Made by a program: the position numbers and the translations under genes | The notes under the pieces: generated by a model | Told to the model about the DNA's origin: nothing | Database searches by the model: none | The model's input: only the letters and a program-made list of their open reading frames with translations | Shown here: piece by piece, positions 31,908 through 41,922 of the stretch | How positions within the stretch are numbered: position 1 is the first letter of the stretch | How the letters are laid out: every line of letters starts with the position of its first letter | Source: an uncultured Actinomycetota bacterium | Lineage (GTDB): Bacteria > Actinomycetota > Geothermincolia > Geothermincolales > RBG-13-55-18 | Assembly (NCBI GenBank): GCA_964510515.1 | Contig: CAZEAU010000011.1 | Coordinates: 4,712 to 68,711 of the forward strand | Length of the DNA stretch: 64,000 bases | Direction of reading: 5' to 3'

Positions 31908-32861
31908 CTACCCCTCTTTCGCGCCCTGGATCGAACGCAGGAAATCGCGGTACACGCACTCCAGGTTGGTGCAGGCGAAGCAGTCCGTGCTCAGGTAGCG
32001 GTCACCGCGGTCGGGCAGGATGACCACGATGCGGCCGGCCTCCATCCCCTCCGCCACCTGCAGGGCGGCATGCACCGCGGCGCCGGAGGAGATGCCTACG
32101 AAGAGGCCCTCGATATTCGCCAGCACGCGCACGGTGTTGAACGCGCACCCGTCCTCGACGTTCAACTTCTCGTCCATGAAGGACGGATCCAATATGGGGG
32201 GCAGGTATTCCTCCAGGTTGCGCAGGCCCTGGATGAGGGAATGCGGATAGGGCTCCACGCCCACGATGTGCAGCTTCGGGTACGCCTCCCGCAGCCTCCC
32301 CCCCACCCCCATGACGGTTCCGCCCGTGCCGATGCCCGCCACCAGGGCATCGATGCCCTCCACCTGCTCGAGTATCTCCGCGCCGGTGCCCTCGTAATGG
32401 GCCCTCACGTTGTCGGGATTGGCGTACTGGTCGGTGTGATAGTATCGCGGGTCGTCCTCCATCTGCTGCGCCGCGGCGATGGCCCCGTTCATGCCCTCCT
32501 CGCTGGGGGTGAGGAGCACCTCCGCCCCGAAAGCCTGCATGACGCGGCGCCGCTCCACGCTCATCGACGCGGGCATGACTATCTTTATGCGGTACCCCTT
32601 GTGGGCGGCCACCATGGAGAGGCCGATGCCGGTATTGCCGCTGGAGGCCTCGACGATGGTCTTGTCGCGGGTCAGCTCGCCCCGCATCTCCGCGCCCTCT
32701 ATCATGTATCTGGCGATGCGGTCCTTCACCGAGGAGCAGGGATTGCAGCCCTCCATCTTGGCGAAGATCTCCACGCGCGGGTTGCGCGGCGTCACCTTGG
32801 TCAGCCGTACCACCGGCGTATGGCCTATGAGGTCCAGCGCCCCGCCCGTTGCCTCCATCAT
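31908..32861 (-). CDS. Cysteine synthase (CysK/CysM family)
   Basis: IG.TP.V.L, KMEG.NP..SVKDR, ASSGNTG, GIGTGGT, GISSGA, PDRG.RYLST. Start ATG 32861. Confidence 0.92.
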   Translation of the reverse strand: MMEATGGALDLIGHTPVVRLTKVTPRNPRVEIFAKMEGCNPCSSVKDRIARYMIEGAEMRGELTRDKTIVEASSGNTGIGLSMVAAHKGYRIKIVMPASMSVERRRVMQAFGAEVLLTPSEEGMNGAIAAAQQMEDDPRYYHTDQYANPDNVRAHYEGTGAEILEQVEGIDALVAGIGTGGTVMGVGGRLREAYPKLHIVGVEPYPHSLIQGLRNLEEYLPPILDPSFMDEKLNVEDGCAFNTVRVLANIEGLFVGISSGAAVHAALQVAEGMEAGRIVVILPDRGDRYLSTDCFACTNLECVYRDFLRSIQGAKEG

Positions 32862-33053
32862 CTCCGCTCCACGATATGCGCTCCCGTCCTCCGCCCTTGC
32901 GCTTCCCCACAAGCGGCCCTCAGAGATTATATCTCAAGAGCGTGGCGGCGAACAGGAAGGGAAGGGGGCGGGGAGCGCTTGTCGGGGGCGCATAAGCTGC
33001 TATCCTGGTCTTGAGCGCTTGGCCGGGATACGGGGTGCGCGAAGGGGGGTGCC

Positions 33054-34070
33054 GTGGACTATCGGGGCCTGCGCCGCATAGCCGTGCTCAGCGACTGCCA
33101 TTTCGGGGACGCCGGGGCGCTGCTGGCGCGGGAAGAACTGGTGGAGCGCCTGCTGGCGGAGCTCGCGTCGCTCCCGGGCCTCGACCTGCTCGTCCTCCTG
33201 GGGGACGTGATGGACCTCTGGAGCGGCGATTTCACCACCGCCGCCGCGGCCGCTTCCCACCTCTTCAGGGGCCTGGCGGCCCGCGGCGTGGCGCGGGACC
33301 ACGTCATGGTGCCGGGCAATCACGATTATCACCTCTGGGCCGCCGGCGAGGACCGGCGCTCGCGGAGCCGCGCCGGCTGGGAGGAGGTGGAAGGGGTGTC
33401 CGTGGGCACGGATGCCGACCGCGCGGGCGGGCCGGGGGTCTATCTGGCCGCGGGGCTCCCCCTGTGGACGCACTACCCCCTGCTCTCCGTCGAGGTGGCG
33501 GGGAGGTCGCTGCTGCTCATGCACGGGCATCACCTCGATTTCTTCAGCCCCTCCTTCTGGTGGGCGAAGACGGCGTGGCTGGCGCGCGGCCTGCTGGGCG
33601 GGTCCCGCGGCATCGCGCTCTCCGACATCGACCGCCTGAACAAGCCCTTTTTCGAGCTGCTGACGCAGACCGCCCGCGTGCCCGAACTGCGCGCCTGGGA
33701 GTACCGCTTCTACGCCGTGCTGCGTTTTTTCACCCGCCTGCTGCGCTTCCAGTCCAAGGCGGGCGCCAGCCCGCGCCGCCTGGTCAGCGTGGAGCAGGCG
33801 GGCGGCGAGGTGGAGGAGATGCTGCGCCGCCTCCTGCCCGGCCACATCCCCGACCTCTTCGTCTTCGGGCACACCCACCGCGCGGGTTTTTCCCGCATCG
33901 ACGTGGGGGGGAGGCGCCTGCTGGTGGCCAACAGCGGTTGCTGGGTGGAGGGGTCGGGGGAGGAGACCCCCATGACCTACCTGGTCATCGACGAGCGCGT
34001 GCGCTTGCGCCGCCTGGGGGGCGAGGAGGTCGCCGTGGGTTATGGCGGCGCGGAGGAGGAGCGCGCATAG
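33054..34070 (+). CDS. Calcineurin-like metallophosphoesterase
   Basis: SDCHFG, LGD..D, PGNHD, HGH, FGHTH motifs. Confidence 0.88.
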   Translation: MDYRGLRRIAVLSDCHFGDAGALLAREELVERLLAELASLPGLDLLVLLGDVMDLWSGDFTTAAAAASHLFRGLAARGVARDHVMVPGNHDYHLWAAGEDRRSRSRAGWEEVEGVSVGTDADRAGGPGVYLAAGLPLWTHYPLLSVEVAGRSLLLMHGHHLDFFSPSFWWAKTAWLARGLLGGSRGIALSDIDRLNKPFFELLTQTARVPELRAWEYRFYAVLRFFTRLLRFQSKAGASPRRLVSVEQAGGEVEEMLRRLLPGHIPDLFVFGHTHRAGFSRIDVGGRRLLVANSGCWVEGSGEETPMTYLVIDERVRLRRLGGEEVAVGYGGAEEERA

Positions 34071-34100
34071 CGGGAAGCGCCGCGCCCGCCGCGGACACGC

Positions 34101-35117
34101 TCATATCCCGAAGCGGTGGGAGGCCTCCTTCATGATGCGCAGGTTGCGGAAGGGGGCCTCCAGCCCGAGGCCGCAGGGCGGGGAGATGATGGCGGCGCCG
34201 CTCCTCATCGCCAGCAAGGTCTCCTCCAGGACCATCTCCGGCGGGAAGTGGTTGACCAGGGAGGCGGGCACCGTCCCCACGATCGGTTTGCGCAATATGT
34301 CGCGGGCTTCTCCCGGGTGCACCTCCGCATCGAAGGAATAGGCGTCCACGTTTGTCTCCCGGCACAACCTCACCTGCTCCATGCGCCCGCCGCACACGTG
34401 CAGGATGACCCGGGCGCCGCCGAGATGGGCGTAGCGGCTTAACTCGTTGAAATAGGGCAGCACGTTGTGAAAGAGGTCGAACCCCACGTGGGAGCCGACC
34501 CTTGCCGCCGGCTCGTGTATCATGATGATGCCGGCGCCCCTCTCCACCAGGGCCTCGGCATAGGCACAGAGGAATGAGACCAGCCCCTCCAGCAGGCGGT
34601 TTAAAAACCCCGGGTCGCGCCTCGCCAGTTCGATCATGGCGGAGGGGCGGATGAGGGAGGCCGACAGCGTGGCCGGCCCGACCATGTTGCCGATGATGGG
34701 GATGCCCGGGCGCATGTCGCGCAGGAGCTCGACGGAGCGCAGCACCTGGGGAACCCGTCCGCGTTGCAGCGGTGAGGGGAGGGCGTCGGCGATGATGTCG
34801 CCTGCGGCGGCGGCGGGGAAGGCGATGATGCGCGGGAGGGTGGTGTTGTCCCCGACATCGACCCTGGCTCCCAGCACCTCCGCCTCCACCGTGAGGCACA
34901 GCGGCACCCCGACGTTGTCGAAGCCCCCCATATCGTAAGCCGCCGCGGCCAGCTCGGCCATCATCATGCCGCTGTAGTGGGCGGCGGGAAGGGGGATGCC
35001 GAAACGGTCGAGCACGGCGCGGGTGACCACGTTGATCGGCCCCCCGGGGCCGATCACCGGCAAGCGGGGGGTCTCCTCCCCCGCCAGGGCGGCCATGAGC
35101 ATATCCTGCCGCTTCAA
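34101..35117 (-). CDS. Uroporphyrinogen decarboxylase / MtaA-CmuA methylcobamide methyltransferase family
   Basis: CLTVEAE.LG, GPATL, LHVCG, SPPCG. Start TTG 35117 after GGAGAGG. Confidence 0.8.
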   Translation of the reverse strand: MKRQDMLMAALAGEETPRLPVIGPGGPINVVTRAVLDRFGIPLPAAHYSGMMMAELAAAAYDMGGFDNVGVPLCLTVEAEVLGARVDVGDNTTLPRIIAFPAAAAGDIIADALPSPLQRGRVPQVLRSVELLRDMRPGIPIIGNMVGPATLSASLIRPSAMIELARRDPGFLNRLLEGLVSFLCAYAEALVERGAGIIMIHEPAARVGSHVGFDLFHNVLPYFNELSRYAHLGGARVILHVCGGRMEQVRLCRETNVDAYSFDAEVHPGEARDILRKPIVGTVPASLVNHFPPEMVLEETLLAMRSGAAIISPPCGLGLEAPFRNLRIMKEASHRFGI

Positions 35118-35353
35118 GTTGTCCTCTCCCGCCGTCGTCCCCGGGTGCTGCGCCCCGGACCTTCCTCGCTCATAACAGTTATCGGCGCGATGCCGCGCAA
35201 GTAAAGGCCCGCGCCGGGGCGCGGGTGGTCGCGAACCCTGAGGCGCGGCGTGCCGCTGGCCCCGGGCTCCGCGAGACAGCATAATGAGAGGTATGTCGCC
35301 GGTCGCGGTCCGCGGGGAAGCGCCGCATACCGGAAATCCCGAAAGGAGGAGGC

Positions 35354-36007
35354 ATGAGCTATTCACATCTGGGCGAGGTACGGCAGGACTATATCCGGGC
35401 CCGCTGCGCCACCGCGGTGAAGGCCCTTGCGAAGCGGGAATTCGACGCGCGTTTTTTCCCCTCGCGCGAGGAGGCGGTGCGGGCGGTGCTGGAGGCGGTG
35501 CCCGCCTCGGACGCCGTGGGCTGCGGCGGCTCCTGGACCGTGCGCCAGATCGGCCTGCTGGACGCCCTGCGCGAGCGCGGCGGCCGCGTGCTCGTGCACG
35601 AGCCGGACATGGATTTCGCCGAGGCCGCGCGTGTGCGCAGGGAAGCATTGCTGTGCCCGGTGTATGTCGCCAGCTCCAACGCCATCACCCTGCGCGGAGA
35701 GCTGGTCAACACCGACGGCATGGGCAACCGCGTGGCGGGGATGTGCTACGGCCCCGCCACGGTCATCGTCGTGGCCGGGTACAATAAGCTGGTGCCCGAC
35801 CTAGACGCCGCCCTGGAGCGCATCCGCGAGGTGGCGGCCCCCCTCAATGCCATGCGCTACCGCGCGCAGGTCCCCTGCGTGGAGAGGGGAACCTGCAGCG
35901 AGTGCGCCGTGCCCGCCGGCATCTGCCGCATCACCACCATCATCCGCCAGCGCCCCATGACCACCGATTTCAAGGTCTTCCTCGTCGGCGAGAGCCTGGG
36001 GTTCTAG
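35354..36007 (+). CDS. LUD-domain (lactate utilization, YkgG/DUF1121-like) protein
   Basis: GCGGS.T, SSNAIT..GELVN.DG.GNRVA, VAG.NK.V, PC...G.C.EC...C. Confidence 0.85.
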   Translation: MSYSHLGEVRQDYIRARCATAVKALAKREFDARFFPSREEAVRAVLEAVPASDAVGCGGSWTVRQIGLLDALRERGGRVLVHEPDMDFAEAARVRREALLCPVYVASSNAITLRGELVNTDGMGNRVAGMCYGPATVIVVAGYNKLVPDLDAALERIREVAAPLNAMRYRAQVPCVERGTCSECAVPAGICRITTIIRQRPMTTDFKVFLVGESLGF

Positions 36008-36022
36008 GCGCCCGACCGCCGC

Positions 36023-37609
36023 CTAAAGGCCGTTGATCTCGCGCATGAGCTCGTAAGCGGGCGTGAAGAGGCCCGAGGAGGTCTGCACCGGAACTCCCAG
36101 TACCTGGTAAGAGGCGGTATGCGGCTCGTACTCGGGCCACGGCGGCAGGCCCGCCACGTTGGGGTCGCCGCCGCGGGCGAAAGCGGTCCAGTAATCCATC
36201 ATGGTGCGGGAGAGCGCGTGGTCCTCCTCCTCGACCCCCTGTATCCCCACCTTCTCCAGGGTGCCGAAGACGTACATTATCTCCAGGCCGTGGAACACGC
36301 CCAGGTGCTCGCTGCGCGGGTCCCGGGGGGCGCGGTCGAAATAATAGAGATAGGCGGGGGCCCCCGCGTCCGCCGTGCTCTGCAGGGTCAGGCGCGCCGA
36401 GGCGGCGAAGCCCAGCTCGGTCACCAGCCTCTGCATGGCCGCCGCGACCTCGGCGTCCGAGGCGGCGGGGAAGAGGTCCTCCACCTTGGCTGCGTGCTCT
36501 CCATAGAGGTATTTGAGCATCAGGAGGGCCTGGTCCAGGGTGAAGTCGGGGAGGAAGATGGTGCCCTCGTCGGCGTTTATCCCCGTGAGCAGGGGCACGG
36601 GGTGCTGCCTTCCCGCGGCGAGCACCTCGCTGGGCCTCTCGGGGATGAGGCGGCCGTCGATGCTGGGGCCGAAACTGATGGGGCTGAAGAACTCGTTGCC
36701 CCCCGCGGATATCTCCACCAGGGTCTGCGCGGGGACGGCGCGCAGGGCGGCCAGCTCGTCTTCCGCGCCGGCTGTCCCCAGCTCCCTGGCTATCCTCTCG
36801 CCCGTCCTCTCCGCCTCCTGCAGGGTGGGGACGCGGTTGATGGGGAGCCCGAGGTCGAGCAGGGGCCCGCTCTGCACGATGGCACGGTGGAAGAGCCCCT
36901 CGGCCGGGGGGCTGCACATGAGGTTGAGGATGCTCATGCCGCCCGCCGATTCCCCGAAGACGGTGACCTCGTCCGGGTCGCCCCCGAAGGCCGCGATGTT
37001 GTCCCGCACCCACTCGAGCGCCGCCACCTGGTCCAGCAGGCCGTAATTGCCGGAAGCCCGGTGGGGGGATTCCGCGCTGAGCAGGGGATGGGCCATGAAG
37101 CCCAACGCGCCCAGGCGGTAATTGGTGGTCACCACGACCATGCCCCGGCTGGAGAGGTTGCGGCCGTCGTAGATGGGGAGCGAGGCGGCGCCGCTCACGT
37201 AGGCCCCGCCGTGTATCCACACCATCACCGGCAATTTCTCCCCCGGGCTCGCGGCCGGCGTCCACACGTTGAGGTAGAGGCAGTCCTCGCTGGTCTCGCC
37301 GACGTCCAGCAGGCCCGTCCAGTCGTCCCCGGGCTGCGGGCAGGCGGGGGCGAACTCGCGGCAGGCCAAGACCTCTTTCCAGGGCTCCACCGGCTGCGGC
37401 TCCCTCCAGCGCAGCTCGCCCACGGGTGGCGCGGCGAAGGGTATGCCCTTATAGCTCCAGATGCCCTCCTCCTCCACGCCGCTGATGGGCCCACTGCGCA
37501 GCCGTGGCATCTCCAGGGTCGACTCCGCGCCGCCGCATCCCAAGCCGGGCAGCGCCAGCGCCGCCACAAGGCACAGGGCCGCCATCGCCGTCATCATGCG
37601 TCTGGACAT
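36023..37609 (-). CDS. Type-B carboxylesterase, lipoprotein
   Basis: GIPFAAPPVGELRW, SEDCLYLN, WIHGG, GNYGLLDQ, GESAGG, FHG; lipobox-like signal LGC. Confidence 0.93.
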   Translation of the reverse strand: MSRRMMTAMAALCLVAALALPGLGCGGAESTLEMPRLRSGPISGVEEEGIWSYKGIPFAAPPVGELRWREPQPVEPWKEVLACREFAPACPQPGDDWTGLLDVGETSEDCLYLNVWTPAASPGEKLPVMVWIHGGAYVSGAASLPIYDGRNLSSRGMVVVTTNYRLGALGFMAHPLLSAESPHRASGNYGLLDQVAALEWVRDNIAAFGGDPDEVTVFGESAGGMSILNLMCSPPAEGLFHRAIVQSGPLLDLGLPINRVPTLQEAERTGERIARELGTAGAEDELAALRAVPAQTLVEISAGGNEFFSPISFGPSIDGRLIPERPSEVLAAGRQHPVPLLTGINADEGTIFLPDFTLDQALLMLKYLYGEHAAKVEDLFPAASDAEVAAAMQRLVTELGFAASARLTLQSTADAGAPAYLYYFDRAPRDPRSEHLGVFHGLEIMYVFGTLEKVGIQGVEEEDHALSRTMMDYWTAFARGGDPNVAGLPPWPEYEPHTASYQVLGVPVQTSSGLFTPAYELMREINGL

Positions 37610-37742
37610 GTTCACACCCCCTGCTCCGTTACCGCTACCCCAAGCCGGCCTTTCCATTATAGCCCAGCCGCCGCCGCGGCACGACAAGGGGGGCGGCGCG
37701 CGGCCTCGCCGCCCGAGGCAGGAAAAGTGGCCGCGCGTATGC

Positions 37743-37826
37743 TATAATCTACGGCGACGGTATGTCAGGCGACTTAACGGTGTTTAAGTCGGCACCCAGC
37801 CGCGTGGTGGCTGGGTTTTTCTTTTC
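37743..37826 (+). promoter_or_regulatory. pabA leader: TATAAT, 8-bp hairpin and intrinsic terminator
   Basis: TATAAT 37743-48; CGACTTAA-cggtgt-TTAAGTCG; ACCCAGCC-N7-GGCTGGGT followed by TTTTCTTTT. Confidence 0.6.
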
Positions 37827-37846
37827 GCTTGACCGGGGGTGATGAA

Positions 37847-38425
37847 GTGGCGGGCAGAATACTCGTCATCGACAACTACGATTCCTTCACCTACAACCTG
37901 GTACAGTCCCTGGGCGGGCTGGGGGCGGAGCTGGCGGTCTTCCGCAACGACCGCACCAGCCTGAAGGAGGTCCAGGAGGTGGACCCGGCGGGGATCGTCA
38001 TCTCGCCCGGGCCCGGGGCGCCGCGTGATGCCGGGCTGTCCGAGTACATCATCCGTGAGTTCGCCCCCCGCCTGCCGGTGCTGGGGGTATGCCTCGGACA
38101 TCAGTGCATCGGCGAGGTCTACGGCGGCCGGGTGGGCCGCGCCCCCTGCGTCATGCACGGCAAGACTTCCCTCATCACCCACGACGGCCGCGGCCTCTTC
38201 GCCGGCCTGCCCAGCCCCATGCGGGCGGCACGCTATCACTCCCTGGCCATCCTGGAGGAAGGGTTTCCTTCCTGCCTGGAGGTGAGCGCCCGCAGCGGCG
38301 ACGGCCTGATCATGGGCGTTCGCCACCGCGAGTTTCCGCTGGAGGGCATACAGTTCCACCCCGAGTCCTTCATGACCCCCGAGGGCCCGGAGCTGCTCGC
38401 CAATTTCCTGGAGGCGTGCTCGTGA
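37847..38425 (+). CDS. pabA: Aminodeoxychorismate/anthranilate synthase component II (glutamine amidotransferase)
   Basis: IDNYDSFTYNL, ISPGPG.P, LGVCLGHQ, MHGK.S, RYHSL, QFHPES. pabA rather than trpG is inferred from the nearby class IV aminotransferase. Confidence 0.85.
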   Translation: MAGRILVIDNYDSFTYNLVQSLGGLGAELAVFRNDRTSLKEVQEVDPAGIVISPGPGAPRDAGLSEYIIREFAPRLPVLGVCLGHQCIGEVYGGRVGRAPCVMHGKTSLITHDGRGLFAGLPSPMRAARYHSLAILEEGFPSCLEVSARSGDGLIMGVRHREFPLEGIQFHPESFMTPEGPELLANFLEACS

Positions 38426-39828
38426 CCCGGCGCGGGAGCCGGGGGGCTGCGGCGCTGCGGCTGGCGGTCCGCGAGCTGGCGGACGCGCCGCCCATGGAGG
38501 TCATCTTTCACCGCCTCGCCCACACGCCTTACGCCTGCTTCCTGGATTCCAGCCTGGTCATGGAAAGGCTGGGAAGACATTCCTTCATCGGCTTCGACCC
38601 CCATCTCGTGCTCACCGCCCGCGGGCCCGCCTGCCGCTGGTGGAGGCGCGGAGGGAGCACGGACGAGACGCGGGAAAACCCTTTCGCGGCCCTGCGCCGG
38701 GCGCTGGGGGAATACCGCCTGGAGGAAGAGGCCGAGGGCATGCCGCCGTTCCTGGGCGGAGGGATGGGTTATCTCGCCTACGAACTGGGAAGGCATCTGG
38801 AGAGGCTGCCGCAGAGGACCGTGGACGACCTGGGGATGCCCGAGTTGTGCTTCGCCTTCTACGACCGCGTGCTGGCCCACGACCACGCCGGCGGCAGGAC
38901 CTGGCTCGCCGCCGTGCACCCCCGGGACCCGGAAGGGGTGCTGGAGGAGGCCGCCCGCCGCCTCGGTGCGGAGCCGCCCCCCTACGCGGCGCCGCGCGGA
39001 CCACGCGAGGCGCGCTTCGCCTCCAACTTCAGCCGCGAGGAGTACCTGCGGGCGGTGCGCGAGCTCAAGGAGTACATCTACGCCGGGGATATCTATCAGG
39101 CCAACCTCTCCCAGCGCTTCCAGGCCGAGCTGCACGAACACCCCTGGATGCTCTACCGCCGCCTGCGCCGCCTCAACGCCGCCCCCTTCGCCGCCTATTT
39201 CAACGCCGCGTGCGGGCAGGTGTGCTCGTCCTCCCCGGAGCGTTTTCTCAAGGGAGAGGGCAGGCGGGTGGAGACCCGCCCCATCAAGGGCACCCGCCCC
39301 CGCTCCGAGCGCCCCGGCGAGGACCGCGCCCTGGCGGAGGAACTGCTGGCCAGCCCCAAAGACCGCGCCGAGCTCTCCATGATCGTGGACCTGGTGCGCA
39401 ACGACCTGGGGCGGGTATGCGAGTACGGCAGCGTGGAGGTGGAGGAGCACGCGGTTATCGAGCATTACGCCACCGTGCACCACCTCGTCTCCACCGTGGC
39501 GGGAACGCTCCACCCCGGCCGCGATATGGTGGACCTGCTCAAGGGGAGCTTCCCCGGTGGCTCCATCACCGGGGCCCCCAAGATACGCTCCATGGAGATA
39601 ATCGACGAACTGGAGCCGACGGCGCGCAGCGTGTACACGGGCAGCATCGGTTACCTGGGATATAATGGCAAGTTCGACCTCAACATCGCCATCCGCACCG
39701 TCATCTGCAGGGGACACAGCGCTTATTTCCAGGTGGGAGGGGGCATCGTGGCCGACTCCGTGGCCGAGGAGGAGTATCAGGAGACCCTGGATAAAGGGAA
39801 GGCTATCTTCGCCGCCCTCTCCGGCTGA
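38422..39828 (+). CDS. pabB: Aminodeoxychorismate synthase component I (chorismate-binding)
   Basis: GD.YQANL, SSPERF, RPIKGT, KDRAELSMIVDL.RND, FPGGSITGAPK, D.NIAIRT, GGGIVADS. Confidence 0.85.
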   Translation: MTRRGSRGAAALRLAVRELADAPPMEVIFHRLAHTPYACFLDSSLVMERLGRHSFIGFDPHLVLTARGPACRWWRRGGSTDETRENPFAALRRALGEYRLEEEAEGMPPFLGGGMGYLAYELGRHLERLPQRTVDDLGMPELCFAFYDRVLAHDHAGGRTWLAAVHPRDPEGVLEEAARRLGAEPPPYAAPRGPREARFASNFSREEYLRAVRELKEYIYAGDIYQANLSQRFQAELHEHPWMLYRRLRRLNAAPFAAYFNAACGQVCSSSPERFLKGEGRRVETRPIKGTRPRSERPGEDRALAEELLASPKDRAELSMIVDLVRNDLGRVCEYGSVEVEEHAVIEHYATVHHLVSTVAGTLHPGRDMVDLLKGSFPGGSITGAPKIRSMEIIDELEPTARSVYTGSIGYLGYNGKFDLNIAIRTVICRGHSAYFQVGGGIVADSVAEEEYQETLDKGKAIFAALSG

Positions 39829-39950
39829 CGCCCCCGGCCCCCGTCGGCCGCCGGCCTTTCCGCATCGCGCCGTCGCTCACCGTGCGGGGACGCGGGGCGT
39901 GCCCGTCCATGGGCCCGCCGCTTTCGCCCCGCGGGATCGCTTCCCGCGCC

Positions 39951-40715
39951 TCAGATGTCGCGCCTCTCGAAGAGATAGGCGGAGGCCCAGATGAGCGCGA
40001 CGATGAGCGCGGCGGCGACCAGCATGGAGGGCAGCGCCTCCGCGAGGCCCGCCTCGCTCAGGGCGATGGCCCTTGCCGCTTCCGCCAGATAGGAGGGGCC
40101 GAAACGCTTGATGGCGGAGAGGAAGCCGGGAGGCAGGGTGAGGAGGAGAAAGCTGAGGAAGGCTAGCCCGCCCGCCGCGGCGGAACTCCCGGCGATCACG
40201 CTCCAGAAGACGGTGAGGGAGAGCACGAAGCATATGAGCACGGCCGTGGGGATGATGGAGAGGGCCGCGCCCCCCGGCGGGAAGTACTCGAAGAGCCACA
40301 CCGTGCAGGCGTAGAAGACCGCGGTCGCCAGCGCCAGGGAGGCGATGAGCGCCGCGCCGTGAACCATAAGCTTGCAGGCGAGCAGCTCGCGCCTGCGCAC
40401 CGGCTTGGAGAGCACCATGGGCAGCAGCCCCCGTGACCTCTCTCCCGCTATGCTGTCCATGGCCAGGAGGATGACGAGCAGCGCGCCCATCTGCACGATA
40501 TAGCCGAAGTACTGCGCCGCCGCGTCGGCCGCCGTCGGCTGCTGCATGATGATCTCGAACTGCTCGGTTTTGGGGACGAGGCTCGGAAGGTTCTTGGTGA
40601 TGAGGGGGGCGGTGATGGCGAAGACGAGGAAGAGGGCCAGCGCCACCCACAGGCGATAGGTCCTGTATTGCTCGCGCGCCTCCTTGCGCAGAAGAGCCGG
40701 CATCGCGTCACCCAT
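39951..40715 (-). CDS. ABC-2 type transporter permease
   Basis: IAGERSRG...L.KPV.R...L..K; about six TM helices. Confidence 0.85.
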   Translation of the reverse strand: MGDAMPALLRKEAREQYRTYRLWVALALFLVFAITAPLITKNLPSLVPKTEQFEIIMQQPTAADAAAQYFGYIVQMGALLVILLAMDSIAGERSRGLLPMVLSKPVRRRELLACKLMVHGAALIASLALATAVFYACTVWLFEYFPPGGAALSIIPTAVLICFVLSLTVFWSVIAGSSAAAGGLAFLSFLLLTLPPGFLSAIKRFGPSYLAEAARAIALSEAGLAEALPSMLVAAALIVALIWASAYLFERRDI

Positions 40716-41643
40716 GCGCCGCGTCCTCCATGAGGCCGAGATAGGCCTCCTCCAATCCGCCCCCGCCCCCCTCCAGGCCGGTCATGGAGAGGCCGAGGTC
40801 GGCCACCAGGCGCGGCAGCTCCCTCCCCGCCACGCGGGGGTCCGCGGCATCCAGGCGCACCGCCGTTTCCGTGCCCCAGACCTCCCCCGCCCAGCCCTCG
40901 CGCCGCAGGGCGGCGGCGAGCCTCTCGCCTCCCGCGCGCAAGCGCACGGTGAAGCCGGGCCGGGCATGCCCTCGCAGCACCTCCCGCAACGGCCCCTCCT
41001 CGAGCAGCCTGCCGCGGGCGATCATCACCACGCGGTCGCATACCTTCTCCACGTCTTCCAGGATATGGGAGGAGAAGAAGATGGTGAGCTCGCCCCGCAT
41101 CCTCCCGATGAGGGAGAGCAGCTCGTGGCGCCCCAGGGGGTCCAGTCCCGAGGTGGGCTCGTCGAGTATCAGCAGTTCGGGCGCGCCCATCATGGCCTGG
41201 GCCAGCCCCAGGCGCTGCCTCTCCCCTTTGCTGAAGCCAGCTATCCTGCGGGCGGCTCTAGAGGGGAGGGCGAAGAGGTCCAGCACCTCCGCGGCGCGGG
41301 AGCGGGAGCCCGCATGGCCCATGCCCAGGGTCTCGCCCACGAAGATGAGGAAGTCGAGCGGCGTCATCCAGCCGTAAAAGGCCGGGGACTCGGGCAGATA
41401 CCCCACGCGTGCCAGATGCGAGCGGTCGGCGCTGTCACATGGCTCTCCCAGCAGGTAAGCCTCCCCCCGCGTGGGCCGCGCCAGGCCGAGCAGCATGCGC
41501 AGCGTGGTCGTCTTGCCGGCTCCGTTGTGGCCGACGAATCCCGTGACCGAGCCCGGCTCGACGGCGAAGCTCAGGTCCTCGACGGCGGCGAGATCTCCGA
41601 AGCGCCGGGCCAGCGACCTGCACTCAATGGGAGGGGGTGGCAA
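40708..41643 (-). CDS. ABC transporter ATP-binding protein
   Basis: GHNGAGKTT, FSKGERQRLG, LILDEPTSGLDP, SSH. Start TTG 41643 after GGGAGG. Confidence 0.93.
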   Translation of the reverse strand: MPPPPIECRSLARRFGDLAAVEDLSFAVEPGSVTGFVGHNGAGKTTTLRMLLGLARPTRGEAYLLGEPCDSADRSHLARVGYLPESPAFYGWMTPLDFLIFVGETLGMGHAGSRSRAAEVLDLFALPSRAARRIAGFSKGERQRLGLAQAMMGAPELLILDEPTSGLDPLGRHELLSLIGRMRGELTIFFSSHILEDVEKVCDRVVMIARGRLLEEGPLREVLRGHARPGFTVRLRAGGERLAAALRREGWAGEVWGTETAVRLDAADPRVAGRELPRLVADLGLSMTGLEGGGGGLEEAYLGLMEDAAHG

Positions 41644-41922
41644 CCCCGGCCTCCCTTCCGCTCGGCGGATAAAGCGCCCTCTGGAGGTGGCCCGGGGCGA
41701 TCGCCGGCGCCCGCACCGGCTTGCCGCCGTTCCGCATCCCATCGCGCCTCGCCGCGCCCGGCGGGGCGGAGCACATCGGCCATAGCCGCGCGGCCGCCGG
41801 GGCGGTCGGCACCGCTGTCCATCGCCAGGTCTCCATCGGGCATCACCTCTCCGGTTTACGAGCATAGCACGGGGGCAGCGCGGGCGCGCTCTTTCAGGCG
41901 CCGCCTGCCGACGGACGCCCGC

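Noticed and set aside
34090-34103. MtaA-like gene ending UGA-Ala-Cys (possible UxC motif)
   Set aside because: The read-through is antisense to the metallophosphoesterase gene; the protein is already full length.
35281-35353. Possible riboswitch before the LUD gene (GGTATG...CATACC stem, CCGAAAGG tetraloop)
   Set aside because: No terminator or SD-sequestering stem and no match to a riboswitch consensus I know; GC-rich hairpins are expected by chance.
37762-37842. 26-aa leader ORF with FFF, and a TGGTGG in the terminator loop (possible Phe or Trp attenuator)
   Set aside because: The Phe codons are just the terminator U-tract and there is no SD. The TGGTGG frame has an upstream stop and no start codon.
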